Positions 25,301 to 37,661 of a stretch of 64,000 nucleotides of DNA are shown here, piece by piece. Made by a program: the position numbers and the translations under genes. Below the pieces are notes generated by a model, which saw only the letters and a program-made list of their open reading frames with translations, had not been told where the DNA came from and made no database searches. How positions within the stretch are numbered: the first letter of the stretch is position 1; each line of letters opens with the position of its first letter. The DNA lies in contig FLMG01000943.1 of the NCBI GenBank assembly GCA_900088475.1, positions 57,402 to 121,401 on the forward strand, written 5' to 3'. The stretch comes from Hyphochytrium catenoides (lineage: Eukaryota; Protista; Hyphochytriomycota).

Positions 25301-25740
25301 CATATACTATAGCTCGCTTTTCTTGAACCCTAACTTTTGCTTGCCTACCAGTGAATGAGGTCTCATCTCAGGATCAATACCTCTCCTTATTCCTCTGCCT
25401 TACAATAACCACCTTTAAGATGAGTTGTCATAGGTGAGGGTTACGCTATAGGTGGGGAGAGAGACCAAAGATGTTGTTGGAGTTCAATATCTGTTAGTAC
25501 TTCCTAGCCTCTCGCCGCTTTATTACGCCCATGCTGATGGGCTATTTAGGGTCTCTGCCTGACCTCGATAGTTCTCTGTCCTCCTTCTGCGAAGCGAGCA
25601 TCACAATGGACTTATATGGCACTCTTTCCATATGTCATAGCTTGCTTTTCTTGAGCCCTGGCTTTCTGTTGTGTACCATTGAATGAGCTCGCATCTCATA
25701 GATAGAGATGTTTCGTTTCCTTCTCCTCTTTAAGACCGCT
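22341..25740. repeat. Diverged tandem array, 10 units of ~344 bp
   Basis: Anchor gagagaccgaagatgttctcccggtaagt recurs with its GT at 22377, 22721, 23072, 23412, 23744, 24104, 24450, 24782 and 25131. The tenth unit (~25459) has that part deleted. Other shared blocks: cgcatgacctcgatagttctctgtcc, gcgtagcgaacatcacttcgggctt, gtgaatgagctctcatctcatagat. Confidence 0.97.
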
Positions 25741-27945
25741 CGCGCCTGATATTCCGGCTTTCTTCGGACACTTGTCTGTGTAGGTGTGAGTAAAGCATCC
25801 TATCCTCCTACCCATCTGCCGCTTTCTTGGCGCGCGCGCTCAAGTTATCGGCTATTGGCGGTAATGAGGATTCCATCTTCACTTCACACTTATGCATCTA
25901 CTTCAGTGGAGATGTAGTTAGCTACTGGACAACGAGCCACAGGTAGTAGTGAAGACAGATTAGAGCTATGAGAAGCAGCTTTCTAAAAATAAGCAAGACC
26001 ATGGTGCTTCTCTCGGGCATCTTAGGTAAATGGATGGTGGATCTTGATGTCTAGGCGGCTACTCGATTACACTTGACACTTGTCAGAGTTAATCAAACAA
26101 TTGGACAGGGCATTCGTAAGTTGATTTGAGGAGAAGGTATAGCCTATCTTGCATTTCCCTTTCCCTTCTCTTTCTTTGGATACCTTGTACAAGAGACCTA
26201 TAGAGCTTTAAGAATTGGCATTTCCGAATGTACTCAATCACTTACACCCGTAAAAGGGTAAATAAAGTTCAACAGTCGTGGATGAAGTAGGGATAGGCTC
26301 GAGTTAATGCTTCTACAACCGGACCAGCAGTGATGACCCGCCATTCAAGGAGTAATGTATGCAAGAAGTAAGACGATTAGTAGAGTATGCGTACTCTCCT
26401 GTTGTCAACACTCCAAGGCGGTGCACTGCGAAGGTCAGCAAATCAAATGCTATAAGTAGCAAGAGATTCACTTAACCGTAGATAGGAGTATCCCGCCCCG
26501 CGCCCTATTGTCTGCCATCCGCGACGGGCTATTGCCATTTCTCTTTATGTTGGGCTCGATTGTGTTGCTCTGATTCGAACACGCTAGCTAAAAAATAAAG
26601 TCTGATGAGATTTGATTTTCATCCTTTCGCCACCCTTTCTTCCTTGGGCTTCCTCGCACTAATAGGAAACCTATAAATCCTAAAACTGACTTCCTCTTCC
26701 ATGTACATCAAGGGACGAACAAGAGGCGGCGGGAGAGGGTAATCCCAGCATAGTAGGTCTCGCAGCCGCTAAGCAGGATAGCTGCCACTGCGGGTTCTCA
26801 TGTTTACGTTGCTATCATCCTCCTTGGACTCTACCGTGGATGCTGAACTACATTCTTTGCCCAAGAATCCCGGGTGCCGCAGCTCCGTCCTACTGGTCCA
26901 TGGCAAGTAATACCCAGCAGCCGCAGGGGTATTAAGCATTCACCACAGTGTAAACCGAGCAATCTCATTAGCTTTTGGCGAGATCACCTAAATTGGGCCC
27001 GGCAGTGCTGTCACTCCCGACAAAAGCAGTCATAAGTCCCCACTTAACCTTATTCTAATAATTGACATGAATCCTGTTTAAAAATAGTCAAACTGTTCCC
27101 GCACTTCCCCTCCGATGTTCTTCTTGTTACGTCCAGTTTCGTATCACATGTTGTTGAGCGAGGACGTGTTAGATACCAATGACAAAAGACGGTGGCAGAG
27201 AGGAGGGGATGAGAAGGCAGCCAACACTGCATGATTGTCCTCTACGCAATTCGGAAGTGCCCGATGGGCGTATTTGTTATTGCTGCTTCTACGGCTTCTG
27301 CTGCTTCTTTCGCCGATTAGCGACAGCCGTCAGACGTCCCGCAAGCCACAGCAGCAAATGAAGTAAAAGCGGGTGTAAAGAAGGCCTGCAACATTTACAT
27401 GTGGCCTTATGGACTTACCGTCACTCGTCTTCTCTTTCTGGCGGAAATAAAATATGGGATGCTGAGCGAGTCACCGCCCTGCTTGCTATCTTGCCTCCCG
27501 AGCTCGAAGACTTATGCCGTTGGATACTTCCCTCGCGTTATTACATCTTCAGGCCACAAAAGAATGACTCCTTGTTCCTGTGCGCTACCAGTAAAGGTCT
27601 TTATCACTTCTACTACTAGGAAATCTTCCTGTTCCTGGTGCTTATTATCAGCAACGGATAGCGGCCGGAAGCGGCCTAACGAGAAGGATGTGAATCTCTT
27701 CTTATTACTGTTCTTTCATGCTATTGGTGGGGTGACTAACGGAGGACTACTTTTGACACAGACAAGAGGAGCGGGAAGAGGGCACCCAAACAGTTAATTA
27801 AGTACAAAGAGTGAAAGGTAGCACTCTCAAAAGACAAGATGGAAGCAAAAGAGAGATCAGGTGACCACTTAGGGAGCTGCAGGTGTTGGAGGGCATTAGG
27901 AGAGACAACAAAGGGGAGGCCACCACAGCCGAGACGACGAGGTAG

Positions 27946-28006
27946 GAAGCGGCAGGATGTGTACCAAGGCAGTAGAAGCGGCGGGATGTGTACCAAGGCA
28001 GTAGAA
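27946..28006. repeat. 29-bp tandem duplication
   Basis: gaagcggc(a/g)ggatgtgtaccaaggcagta twice, head to tail. Confidence 0.9.
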
Positions 28007-29798
28007 ACCTCTTCCTCGCTGATGCGAGAAAGGAAAAATATCTCGTTTGGCCTCATAACTGACGAAAGGAGAGGAATAAGAAGAGACAGGAGCCGGAAGC
28101 TCATGTGGCAGGGAAACAGGAGAAGATGACTGAGCAGCAGATGAAGAGAAGAAGGAGTGTTATTCGAGATTCTTCAACTTGGAAGGATTGGGACTAAACC
28201 TCTCCTTCTTTCTGCTGCTGTCGGCCTCAGAAGAGAGATGAGAGAGCTCAAGTTGTTACTGTTCTTCTACTAATAAAGGTAGAGGTGATCTCTCTATTAT
28301 TAATTTTAATGTGGATAGTCCAAAGTGTTTCACTCTCTGTGTTAGAACCGAGGTATGTTCAAGGCAGGTCCGCACTCAGCTGCTTGTCATGTGTATGTAC
28401 GCCTTCCACTTGCTTGTACAGCTGTCGATGCGACGGAGGAGAGGTGGAGCAGTCCAAGATATTTTTCTTTTTCACTCCTCGAGGTAAGAATAGTTGGTAG
28501 GTTTATTATTACTTGTAGGGTAGCGTAGAGGTTTGTAGTACGTTTCAATTCTTTCTACAAGTAGCCTTTATTTCTAGGAAGTTGTACTCGTACAAGCAGG
28601 ACGGCCATCACACCCATGCTACCCGATCACTCACGCAGTCTAATCGACACATAAGAACTATGGGATCGGGAGGTTCTGTGTCTGTGACTACCTCCTAACC
28701 TTGCATGTGATGTAGACGTCCAAGGTTCCTGCCCCGTGCATTCCACTCTCCCATAAATACAGGGAAAGATCCGGTTCTTCGTGGCTTGGTTTCGAATCAT
28801 CCGGGCAACCTTAAACCATAAAGACAGTTCTACACCCAGCCGCTCTCTAAGCCCTAGGATTATCCCTACAGACACAACCTGAAGTACGTGATTCTCATGT
28901 GGGTTTGGCTGTCAGGAGGAGAGCAAAGATGGACGCTCTGTAGAATGATCAGTGTATGTATAATATTAGGGCTTGCTCTCTTGTGCAGCAGATGCAGCAT
29001 CTGGGCCCAGTTCTTTTTCTGCATCACTCCTGGATTGCATCGCTCCTGGGTTCCTTTCGCTCTGTCCAAACGTTAACAACACCAGCCACAGGGTCAAGGT
29101 AAGCTTCGGTACCAAACCTCCGCCGCTTTGAGGTGCCCCCCAAGGATAGGCAGCTGATGAGCCAAACACTCCACGTTCGGATAATATGCCGCCTCCTTAC
29201 CGTCAACCTCCATCCATAAGCAGATTCTGGAACTCGAGGTTTCGCTGGTCTTCGGTGATGTTTCAGCTGATTGGCTGAGGAGTTTTTGTGTGCAGTTGCA
29301 GATTTGTAGACGTCAATGGAGAGTTAGTGGAGCCGCTGGAAGCAGCAAGAGGAGTGGAGGTCGAGGAGGTAGCTCGAAGGATTGGCAAGCATGCATGCCG
29401 CCGCTGCGAATCGCTTGTTCTTCTTCACCTCATCGAAGGCTGAGCAGTCTCTTGTTCTCTAACCCTAGGCAGCTGCGCCACTTTTCTTCGCTTCGTCCCT
29501 CTGAGTGCCTGCTCAGTGACTCTCTTTCCTTCCTTACCTGTCTCACACTCGCCTCTTCCTGCTAGGTCTCTATTCTGTGTCTTCCAAAAGAGGGGTTTCC
29601 ATGTCACTATGAAGAGAGAAATCGGGGCCCTTCTTCTTCCGATATATCAGTCTCATTCTTTGCTTTTCTCTCTGGTTTGCAGAAGTCGCCGCTGTAGGCC
29701 GGAGCTGTGCTTGCTGTCGCCCTGCATTATGTCTCTTATTTAAGTTTCTCTCTCCAAGGGCAGTCAAGAAGTTTGAAGGGATCGGTACCAATCGCAGG

Positions 29799-31334
29799 AT
29801 GGTGGCTGTCGTAGGGGATCATCCTCGGCTCCATACACTCGCAGCACCAGTCGACACTTATAGCTCCACACCATGCCATGACGACACCCGTAACTTCTGC
29901 AGCTGGTCTCCTCCCAATCCATCCTCGAACCATCTTCACCGGTCTGAACACCAGTCATTCTCTCTTCTCAACACAAGCGGACGTGAAGAACAGGCTGGGC
30001 GCCTTAGTGTGGCGCTGCATCAGCTCGAAGACGGCGCTTGTGGGACTTTGTCAGCCCACCCAAAGCAGAAGTTTGTCATCGAATTTGTCGCCAGACTTTC
30101 TTCCAGATTCCCTCTTTCAGTAAACACTCAGAGAGCTGACGAGAGCTTGCCGCCTCGGTGCTCCATGAATGTCCCAGAACTTCTTCGTACGCTCTCCTTT
30201 TCCTCTGCTTCTAGCACCGGTCAATCTTCCCCCTTTGTCACCAATCGGAAAAGAAGAAGAGGAAGGAAAACCTGCTATACTTCCTACCTTCTTCAGGTTG
30301 CAGATGAGAGTGGTAGTGTTTCCTGGTGCTTTCAACGGCGGTATAGTGAATTCCGTGCCCTCCGCCAGGAGCTCTTACTGCTCAACCGGTCGGTCACCAA
30401 GTGTTCTCACTGCAAGGAGTTCTTCCAGGACTTGAGATCCAAGAAATTCCCATCTCGACTGCGTTTTGGCTCGTCGGAGCAACTTCGGACCGCTCAACTT
30501 TACAGCTTCACGGTGCATTTGCTTTCGGCCCTACAACGGACACACGCAGGACTAGACCATATGGAAAGGGAAGGAAGGAAAGATAGACTCTGTGCCGTGA
30601 TGCTAACAGTCCTAAATTTCTTTGCCGCTACATGTCCCACATGCCACCTAAAAGTGGTGGGCAACTATGGACGACGGTCTTCAAGCCATTCTGAAGAGTT
30701 TGAACTGGGGTCAACGGGGGACGACAAGTACAATCGGGAGCGTGAGAGCTACTGCACGCTCTGCCGAATAAATGATGGTGCACTGTCCCGCACAAGTCCT
30801 CTGAGACCCGAGTCGGATTTCTCCTGCCACCATGCGGACTTACGCGTTTGTAGACAGTCCAGTTGCTCCTCCACGCTGAGTAATACGAACAGTCTGAAAC
30901 AAGAAATCCTGGGTCGTTACCTTGAAAGCTTACCGGCTTTTGGAGTGACAAGAATGGTAAAGCTCTCATTTCCGAAGGTCAAGAGTTTTGACCTGTACCT
31001 TGGCGAGAGCCCAGAGGGCTCAGCTCTAATGGCGGAAATGGGACTAATCAAGTCCGTCTCAAACACCTCACTCGCTTCCTTTGCTGCCACCGCAAGCGTT
31101 AGTAGCGCCAGCTTTGCCGAATCTTCAGCCACATCGTTCTCGGCCGGGATGAAGAAGTCCAGCTCCAGCACTTCTTTCACTTCCTCTTTATCCTCGTCCT
31201 CCTCTTCCAGCTCAAGCGGAACTTTCAGACCCCCACCTTCTATTCCTCAGAGGTCATTCTCTCGCGCTTACACCGGATCGTGCGTATCGAGTGATAGGCC
31301 CAAACATGCTACCAATAGAACTTTGTCAACATAG
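29799..31334 (+). CDS. PX (phox homology) domain protein with CxxC motifs and Ser-rich tail, intronless
   Basis: 511-aa ORF. PX motifs YTSYLLQV...WCFQRRYSEFRALRQEL...KKFPSR...EQLRTAQLYSF. The start codon is uncertain. Confidence 0.8.
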   Translation: MVAVVGDHPRLHTLAAPVDTYSSTPCHDDTRNFCSWSPPNPSSNHLHRSEHQSFSLLNTSGREEQAGRLSVALHQLEDGACGTLSAHPKQKFVIEFVARLSSRFPLSVNTQRADESLPPRCSMNVPELLRTLSFSSASSTGQSSPFVTNRKRRRGRKTCYTSYLLQVADESGSVSWCFQRRYSEFRALRQELLLLNRSVTKCSHCKEFFQDLRSKKFPSRLRFGSSEQLRTAQLYSFTVHLLSALQRTHAGLDHMEREGRKDRLCAVMLTVLNFFAATCPTCHLKVVGNYGRRSSSHSEEFELGSTGDDKYNRERESYCTLCRINDGALSRTSPLRPESDFSCHHADLRVCRQSSCSSTLSNTNSLKQEILGRYLESLPAFGVTRMVKLSFPKVKSFDLYLGESPEGSALMAEMGLIKSVSNTSLASFAATASVSSASFAESSATSFSAGMKKSSSSTSFTSSLSSSSSSSSSGTFRPPPSIPQRSFSRAYTGSCVSSDRPKHATNRTLST

Positions 31335-31652
31335 ACTCCACTCCTTCTCAGCTGAACGACGATTTGTTGCAGTCTCATCAGTGTCTTTAATCATCCTTAA
31401 GTTTGTGGAGGGCTTTTAGCCCCATTGTGAATGATTGGCGTTGTAACTTATAAATAGAATACTCCTTACGTTCTGTCCGTCCTATTCCTTTGGTGCGGTC
31501 ATACCCTGCAGTCCTTTGTCCAAGGTCCTTTATTCTTAACCGTGATTGGGGTTTTGGGTAGATGCTGATGCTGTTTGTTAGAAAACCACCACGTGCCTCC
31601 CCCCTTCATCAACTAAGTGCTTCGTTACCTCCGCTGGGAGGCAGTGTTGTTT

Positions 31653-34509
31653 CTATGAGAAGTTGGGTTTGGGGCCATTTAAGCTGTCTAGTCTCTTTGT
31701 CCTGAGTTCTTTGCGCTTGGCTGCTTCCATCGATGTCCTCCTAGGACCATTCTTTCCTCCCACAGACATGCGCTGTATAGCACGGGTCGTGTGACGACAA
31801 TGGAATTTCTGCGCCTCCTTAAGATCTTTTAAACAGCGGTGCCTGGTGGGGTGAAGGAGGCCCCAGATGGGAACAAGATCCGTGCCAGGCCGAGCCCCAA
31901 AGCCATACAGTTCACCTGGGACACTGCTGTTAATATGCTGTTACAGAAGAGAGAGAGGGTCGTTGTTATGAGTGACGCCAGATAGTACACCCAAACTGTC
32001 AAACAGTGTGCGAAGCTTACCGAGGTAGTAAACTGGTAAATGAACGCGTCCTGCAGCTTGTCAAAGCTTTTTTCCAGCAGTGTCTTCATGGGCCTGACAG
32101 CAGGTGCATATTTGTCAACCCAGAGTACCACGTCGCCCGGATAAACCTGCCTCCAGTCCACGTCTTTGTTTAGACCACCAACATCGTCTATGACCCATGA
32201 TGGCTCATACACAGAAGGAGGATCATCTGGTGTACGGACACTGCTTGGATTCGGGGAAACGTCTTCTCCACTCCGCTCGAGAGAGCTCTTCTTCCCCACT
32301 TCTTCCTGTACACTTTTCCAAAGTTCTCCCTGTCCCTGACTTGCAAAGGGTCCCCTTGAGGGTACAGGCAGTCCTGACAAGTGGCTTGTTGAAAAGTTTT
32401 TGGTCGACACTTCAGCCCGTACAAGTACAGCTGTCAGCTCAAAGACGGAAGCAGTTGAGGAAAAGGAGAGGGGCATTCCCCTTACAGCCTCAACGCTATA
32501 CAATGGAACGCCAACCGCGACACACTCATTCATACTATTCATCAGACAATGCATTGTTCTTCTACCCTTTCCCCTCTTGCATAGGGAAGCTATACCCTCA
32601 CCATCGCTCCTCTGTCCTTTAGACGTTCCTTCGGAGGCGAGGACAGGCAGGTCCGCCAATGTCTCTTCAGCTTCAGAGGAGGTCAGCGCTTCTGGTGCCT
32701 TTGGTACTAGGGACAGTACCGCAAAAGCTTGCTCACTGATGTGAACTTTACCTCCCGGACAGCACGCAGCACAAAACTGGTTATATTCAGTCCCAGCTAA
32801 GATCCCCAAGGTTGTTGAAGGAGAAACAACAGAAGGTAGTAGGGAGCTCGGCCTAGCCCCGATCCCCCGACTCCCTCCGCCACCTAGCGGTTGCTTGGTC
32901 TGCGAGTGATACTGGGTCAGCTGCAACGAGGGGACAAACTCACTTGCAAGATGTGCGGAGAGGAAGAGAGACAGGTTTTGACCCCAAGAGAAGCAGACTT
33001 TGACTTTCATCTGCAAGGCATCCTCCACTTCTGCGGCATTGAGGTTAAATGCGGCGAAGTCATTCCTCAGGATCTTGTTCAATTTTATTGTCAGCTCTTC
33101 CTTGGTCACAAATTGGGATACCTGCCCATGACGTTCAGTATAGACAAGTTGTTTAGCGATGATAGGCGGGTCAGTAGCCTAACGTAGAGGGTGACAGGAA
33201 GAGCTAGAAATAGGAAGATCCTAAAGAAGAAGTGTGACAACAGTTGACCATGTTAGCAAGCAACAGCTATGACCAACGATCAGTTGTTCTCCTATGCTGA
33301 CTTTGACCAAGAAGTTGTGGTACTGCATAAGGCTCTTTTAGCCCACGCTCATACGGTATCGACAAGGAGAACCAGAGCAAAGACATGTGCAGTGAGACTC
33401 TGTCTGTCAGACACTTTCTGCCGCCCAAGGAGAGGCCAAAGCGTCACATGTCCATACTAATGGAAAGACGGTTTTGTAGCAGCTTGTTATTATAGCACCG
33501 GAACACAGAGCGTACCTGCAGCTTTAGCATAATGTTATTGCTCTTCACCATGTTCCATATCAATGCTGCACCGAGCCTCCTCTTATCTGCAATAGGGGTT
33601 TCATGCGATGGCGCCCACAGAAGTTAGCACTAGCGCCCAAAAGCAATGCCTCAGTGTAGGAGGAACTATAAGCTTACGCAGGGCATTGGTGACCAGCAAA
33701 GTCATAAGCCGCCTTAGCCCTGCCATTGACTCTATAGCAGATCTCAGGGAGGGATTGATGCTAGCGTTCAGCAATGCACCTAAGGCAGCCGTTTCTCGTT
33801 TCTCTTGCTCAATATTCTGTCGGACGGTTCCATCGCCATTCTGCTTTTCTTTGTCTTCTGATAGTCCCCAATGAATTAGCCAGTACAACCCGCAGTTATG
33901 GCGAGTGTGGAGTTTCATACAGCCAGACCTACATTTTATGAGGAGAGTAACGGAGAACGTGGAGTGTGACAAAGCTAGCGATTGACAGACAAAGCTAGCG
34001 ATTGACAAACAACGCATAGGGCAAGCAACCCCCAGGTTTTTGCACTTAACTCTTTGCAGCGAAATATTCTGGGTCTGGCACTGTCTTCAAGCATTAGGTT
34101 TGCTGTAATGCTAGAGATTAAGGAGGAGGACGACTATCAATGCATGCAGTCGAGGATTAGATTTTATCCAGCACCCGTAGTCAGGCATAATGCCATGTCG
34201 AAGAGTCAAGAGCAATTACCTCAGAGCCCATTTCACCACCCCTGGCCTTTCATCTGCTAGATAAGAGACAAGAGTGGAAAGAGCTCCCTTCTCTCTGCAA
34301 ATCTTTTTCCTTGATTCCGAAACCAAACTCAAACAGTGAAGCTGCTCTAGCACTGCCACGACCTCCGCCTCCGAAAGGCGTGGCTCAGCGACAAGCTTTT
34401 CAGTGAGTTCAGCTGTGAGATCACGACTGAACTCGCCTCCAAAGAGCTTTTGAAAGTAGGATGAGAACGCCATGGGGGCATCGCCCGCTTTGCGAAGAGC
34501 TTTCTTCAC
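31653..34509 (-). CDS. Multi-exon protein with ARM-like helical N-terminus; 5' end uncertain
   Basis: Exon pieces SRKKICREKGALSTLVSYLADERPGVVKWALR; AALGALLNASINPSLRSAIESMAGLRRLMTLLVTNAL; KRRLGAALIWNMVKSNNIMLKLQ|ATDPPIIAKQLV. A long exon lies within ORF 31829-33109. The last exon, 31937-31653, joins in phase 0 (HINSSVPGELYGF...PKPNFS*). Confidence 0.65.
33968..34007. repeat. Perfect 20-bp tandem duplication (intronic)
   Basis: gacaaagctagcgattgaca x2. Confidence 0.92.
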
Positions 34510-35582
34510 CCAGTTTGACCCTCGTAGCTGGAAGTATTAGACTGTAAGTCAAAACCTAAAATATCCTAATAATAGCTAGTTGCAGAAGCTGCCAGACAAC
34601 AGGTCCCTCAATGCGCCTTCATAGACACAAGATTCGCCCGCCAACCCTATCGGTAGTCATATAATAAGAAGAGAAATAGTTCTTCTTCTTCAAAGCTGAT
34701 GATCTACTCGTGAGGGCATGACCGACGACGGCTGCTGCTATCATAGCTAAACCTCTCGAGGCGCGCCTTGTTAAACGCCTGACACTGTTATGGCCTGTCC
34801 TCCTATGGCGCTAAGGCCTGCCAGGCGCGATGACGGACCGAATCTTCATTCTCAAGGCACGTACATGATGATGGGTCCATGCATCTACTCAACGCAGTGG
34901 TGCGAATGAAGAGAAGAGGAGGAGGAAGAGTCTTGAAAGACCACCAGCAGCCCCATTCCCTTCTCCTACCTAAGACCACCCAACAGCCATCCTCCTCCTC
35001 CTTCCAAGAACCTGATGTTCTACACTGTAACGCTCATTTGACAGATAACCATGCCTCAGTTATCAATAGTGCTGATCCTAGGAAACTACTGTTCCTGAGG
35101 ATTTGTTGTTTTTGTTGGTTATACGGAGTAGAAGTATAATAAGGAACTATGTGGTTCCAAGGTGGAAGTCTTTACCAGTAGTAGAGAGAAAGAAGGGATT
35201 ATCTGATGAGGAGAATAACATTCAGGAGTATACTATTTACTACTGCCACGGGGCCTCCTGTCGTCAGTAGAACTCGTACTTGGAATGGTGTATGTTGGGA
35301 CAAGTCGTCGTCAGAAGGTTGACGTAGGGAGGGGGGGTCGGGCTGCTGTGTGGGAGGAGGAAGGGGCTGGGATGGGGTAGTAGGGGTTGGAGCCGAAGAA
35401 CAGGAGGTAGGGGGACAGAAGGGGACCACCATCGACGCTCCTTTTTCATCATACCAAACTGTACTACTAGATCCTAGGTACTGTCGTCTTCAATGATAGT
35501 GCTTGTGGAGTTGCTGCTATTCTTCTCTATATTCATATTATATCTTTGCCTAGGAACCATATTATGATACAGACATGACCTC

Positions 35583-37661
35583 TCAAGTTGCTCCGATAAT
35601 GTTCACCAAGGCATGCTTATCGGCGATGGAGTTGAAGTCAAACCTATCTCTGGCAGTGGCGTAGAATAATGCATGAGGACAAAGGTAAGGGGACCCAACC
35701 AGGAGAAGACCGAATATCGCTGGTAAAAAGTAACGCTTTGGTGTTACGTACCACCAAGTCAGCAGGTCAATGCCAATGACGCGGTGGACAAGGACCAACA
35801 ACAACAACACCTGCAAAGTGGCCACGCAGAGCTGCACCGCAATAGGCTCTGCCGCGTAGGTCAAAGCGGCCCTGAATCTGGCCTGGTAGCCTAAAGAGTG
35901 GTCCAGATAGCCCATCTGAATCTCGTACGCCTTCGTGTGGATGCCTGAACTGAACCCAATGCCACCGAAGGCTGTGAAAGCCATAGAAAAGGAGGTGTAA
36001 AGGTAAACACTGCGCGAAGTCTTGACCGCGTCGCTACGCTCTGATCCACTTTGGTCGAGAACAGAACGGCGCCGGTTTCGTTTGCTCTTACGAGGATGCT
36101 GCTGCTGCTTTTGGTCGCCTTCATCATCACGTCCACTACTTGTTGTCTGACAGTGATCATTATGACCATCCGTTTGGAGTACATCATGCTCAATCAGGCG
36201 TAGCTGGGACGGGACGGAAGAATGGCTAACAGCTGGCTGTGAAAATTGCTCCTGAGCGCTCCTGGGAGGATCTCGCATCACCTCGCCGGACAGGATTGGG
36301 TCTCCGTCGTGAGGTGGTAAGCTCTCGATGGCTGTGACTTGCGTTGCCGAAGCTGACGGCCTCCTTGAGCTTCTTTGATAGGCAGCTAGCAGCCGCCTAG
36401 TCGTTCTCGATATTCTGATGCCTATGAGGGCATCTCTCAGACCGATCGACAGAATGCTAGCTAGCGATACAAACCCGCTTGACAGGCAGACACTTAATAC
36501 GTAGGGCAGATCTCCAAAGTTAACGACCTGCTGGCAACCTGATATAGCGAAGTTGAACACAAAAACGTGCGGAAACCAGTTCTTATCTACCTCCCCGAAG
36601 TTGAAGTGTCCAGTGAAATGCAGCTGATACGTTTCATAGCGGACAAGATTCTGAAACACGAACACGACAGCTGGGATTGCCAGCGTGCTGAAACAGATCT
36701 TGAATATCGTGGAGTACTGCCCTTGCCATAGCAGAAGCTGCATAGGAAGGATGACTTTGGCGATGATCTCCACGGACACAACTGCGCACACGACAGGAAA
36801 GGCAACCCAAGCGGCCAATTTGACCCGGTCCCAGCGACTACCTAACGGCAATGCCAGCGGGTCTGGTGAAGACATTCCCGCTCCAGTGTGAAGTACCCTG
36901 TATGTCCCTTCGACACTAGCAGTTCCCAAGGGCCCCTTTTCGCGCCCCTCCTGTTGCTGCGTTTGGTGTGATGCCCCTTTAGTCCGTTGGGCCTTCTCCT
37001 GAACGTGATCTTTGACCTCCACTCTTCTGACACCGTTGTTGACTTTGCTTCTACAGACGTCAGTAGTAGGGCTTGCTGATGCTCCTATTCTGGTGCTGGT
37101 GATTTTCTCTTGATTGGCCTTGTAGCGCAGCAGGTAGGTAACATAGAAACTTGAGTAGATAAAGGTGAGGAGAACGGGGGTAACATAAGCAATGTAATAT
37201 GGCCAGCGCGTTCTTGTGCTATAGCCCCAGAAGTTTGAAAGTGCGGTGAGGACAACATTTGTCGTGTACATGCCGAAGAGCTTCCATAAGGGGTAGAACT
37301 TCCCGATGCGTCCATAGGTTGAAGTCAGTAGTACAAACAAAGGCAAGAATTGAGCGGTGGTTGCAGTGAAGGTTGAGTTATAAATTGCTCGACCTGCGGA
37401 GGCAGACAGTGCTGAAGACCCAACAGCGAAGAGTCCATACGCCTTTGCCAGCGGACTCTCGCAGGCGTCGGGCCTCTCTTGTATGATTAGCTGGCAGTCG
37501 ATCGGTTCAACGACAAGCTCCATGAAGGCCGAGACGACCGCGTAGGAGCACCCGAAAGCAAAGAGAAAGAGGCAATAACATAGCGCCAGAAGGGAGGATG
37601 CGGACACCCATACGGAGGGAGAGCCCGCATGACTCGACCGGAGAAAGCCTTCATCAATCAT
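35583..37661 (-). CDS. Uncharacterised ~11-TM membrane protein, paralog A (692 aa, intronless)
   Basis: Long ORF with hydrophobic segments in 4+4+3 blocks separated by two low-complexity loops. It aligns end to end with 40609-42951. Confidence 0.9.
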   Translation of the reverse strand: MIDEGFLRSSHAGSPSVWVSASSLLALCYCLFLFAFGCSYAVVSAFMELVVEPIDCQLIIQERPDACESPLAKAYGLFAVGSSALSASAGRAIYNSTFTATTAQFLPLFVLLTSTYGRIGKFYPLWKLFGMYTTNVVLTALSNFWGYSTRTRWPYYIAYVTPVLLTFIYSSFYVTYLLRYKANQEKITSTRIGASASPTTDVCRSKVNNGVRRVEVKDHVQEKAQRTKGASHQTQQQEGREKGPLGTASVEGTYRVLHTGAGMSSPDPLALPLGSRWDRVKLAAWVAFPVVCAVVSVEIIAKVILPMQLLLWQGQYSTIFKICFSTLAIPAVVFVFQNLVRYETYQLHFTGHFNFGEVDKNWFPHVFVFNFAISGCQQVVNFGDLPYVLSVCLSSGFVSLASILSIGLRDALIGIRISRTTRRLLAAYQRSSRRPSASATQVTAIESLPPHDGDPILSGEVMRDPPRSAQEQFSQPAVSHSSVPSQLRLIEHDVLQTDGHNDHCQTTSSGRDDEGDQKQQQHPRKSKRNRRRSVLDQSGSERSDAVKTSRSVYLYTSFSMAFTAFGGIGFSSGIHTKAYEIQMGYLDHSLGYQARFRAALTYAAEPIAVQLCVATLQVLLLLVLVHRVIGIDLLTWWYVTPKRYFLPAIFGLLLVGSPYLCPHALFYATARDRFDFNSIADKHALVNIIGAT

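Noticed and set aside
22341-25740. CRISPR array or protein-coding repeat
   Set aside because: Entire ~344-bp units are homologous, with no unique spacers and no cas genes. Indels break every reading frame, so the ORFs at 22682, 23280 and 24124 are incidental.
27179-28129. Cluster of short overlapping ORFs (e.g. WDAERVTALLAILPPELEDLCRW)
   Set aside because: No consistent frame, splice model or recognisable domain
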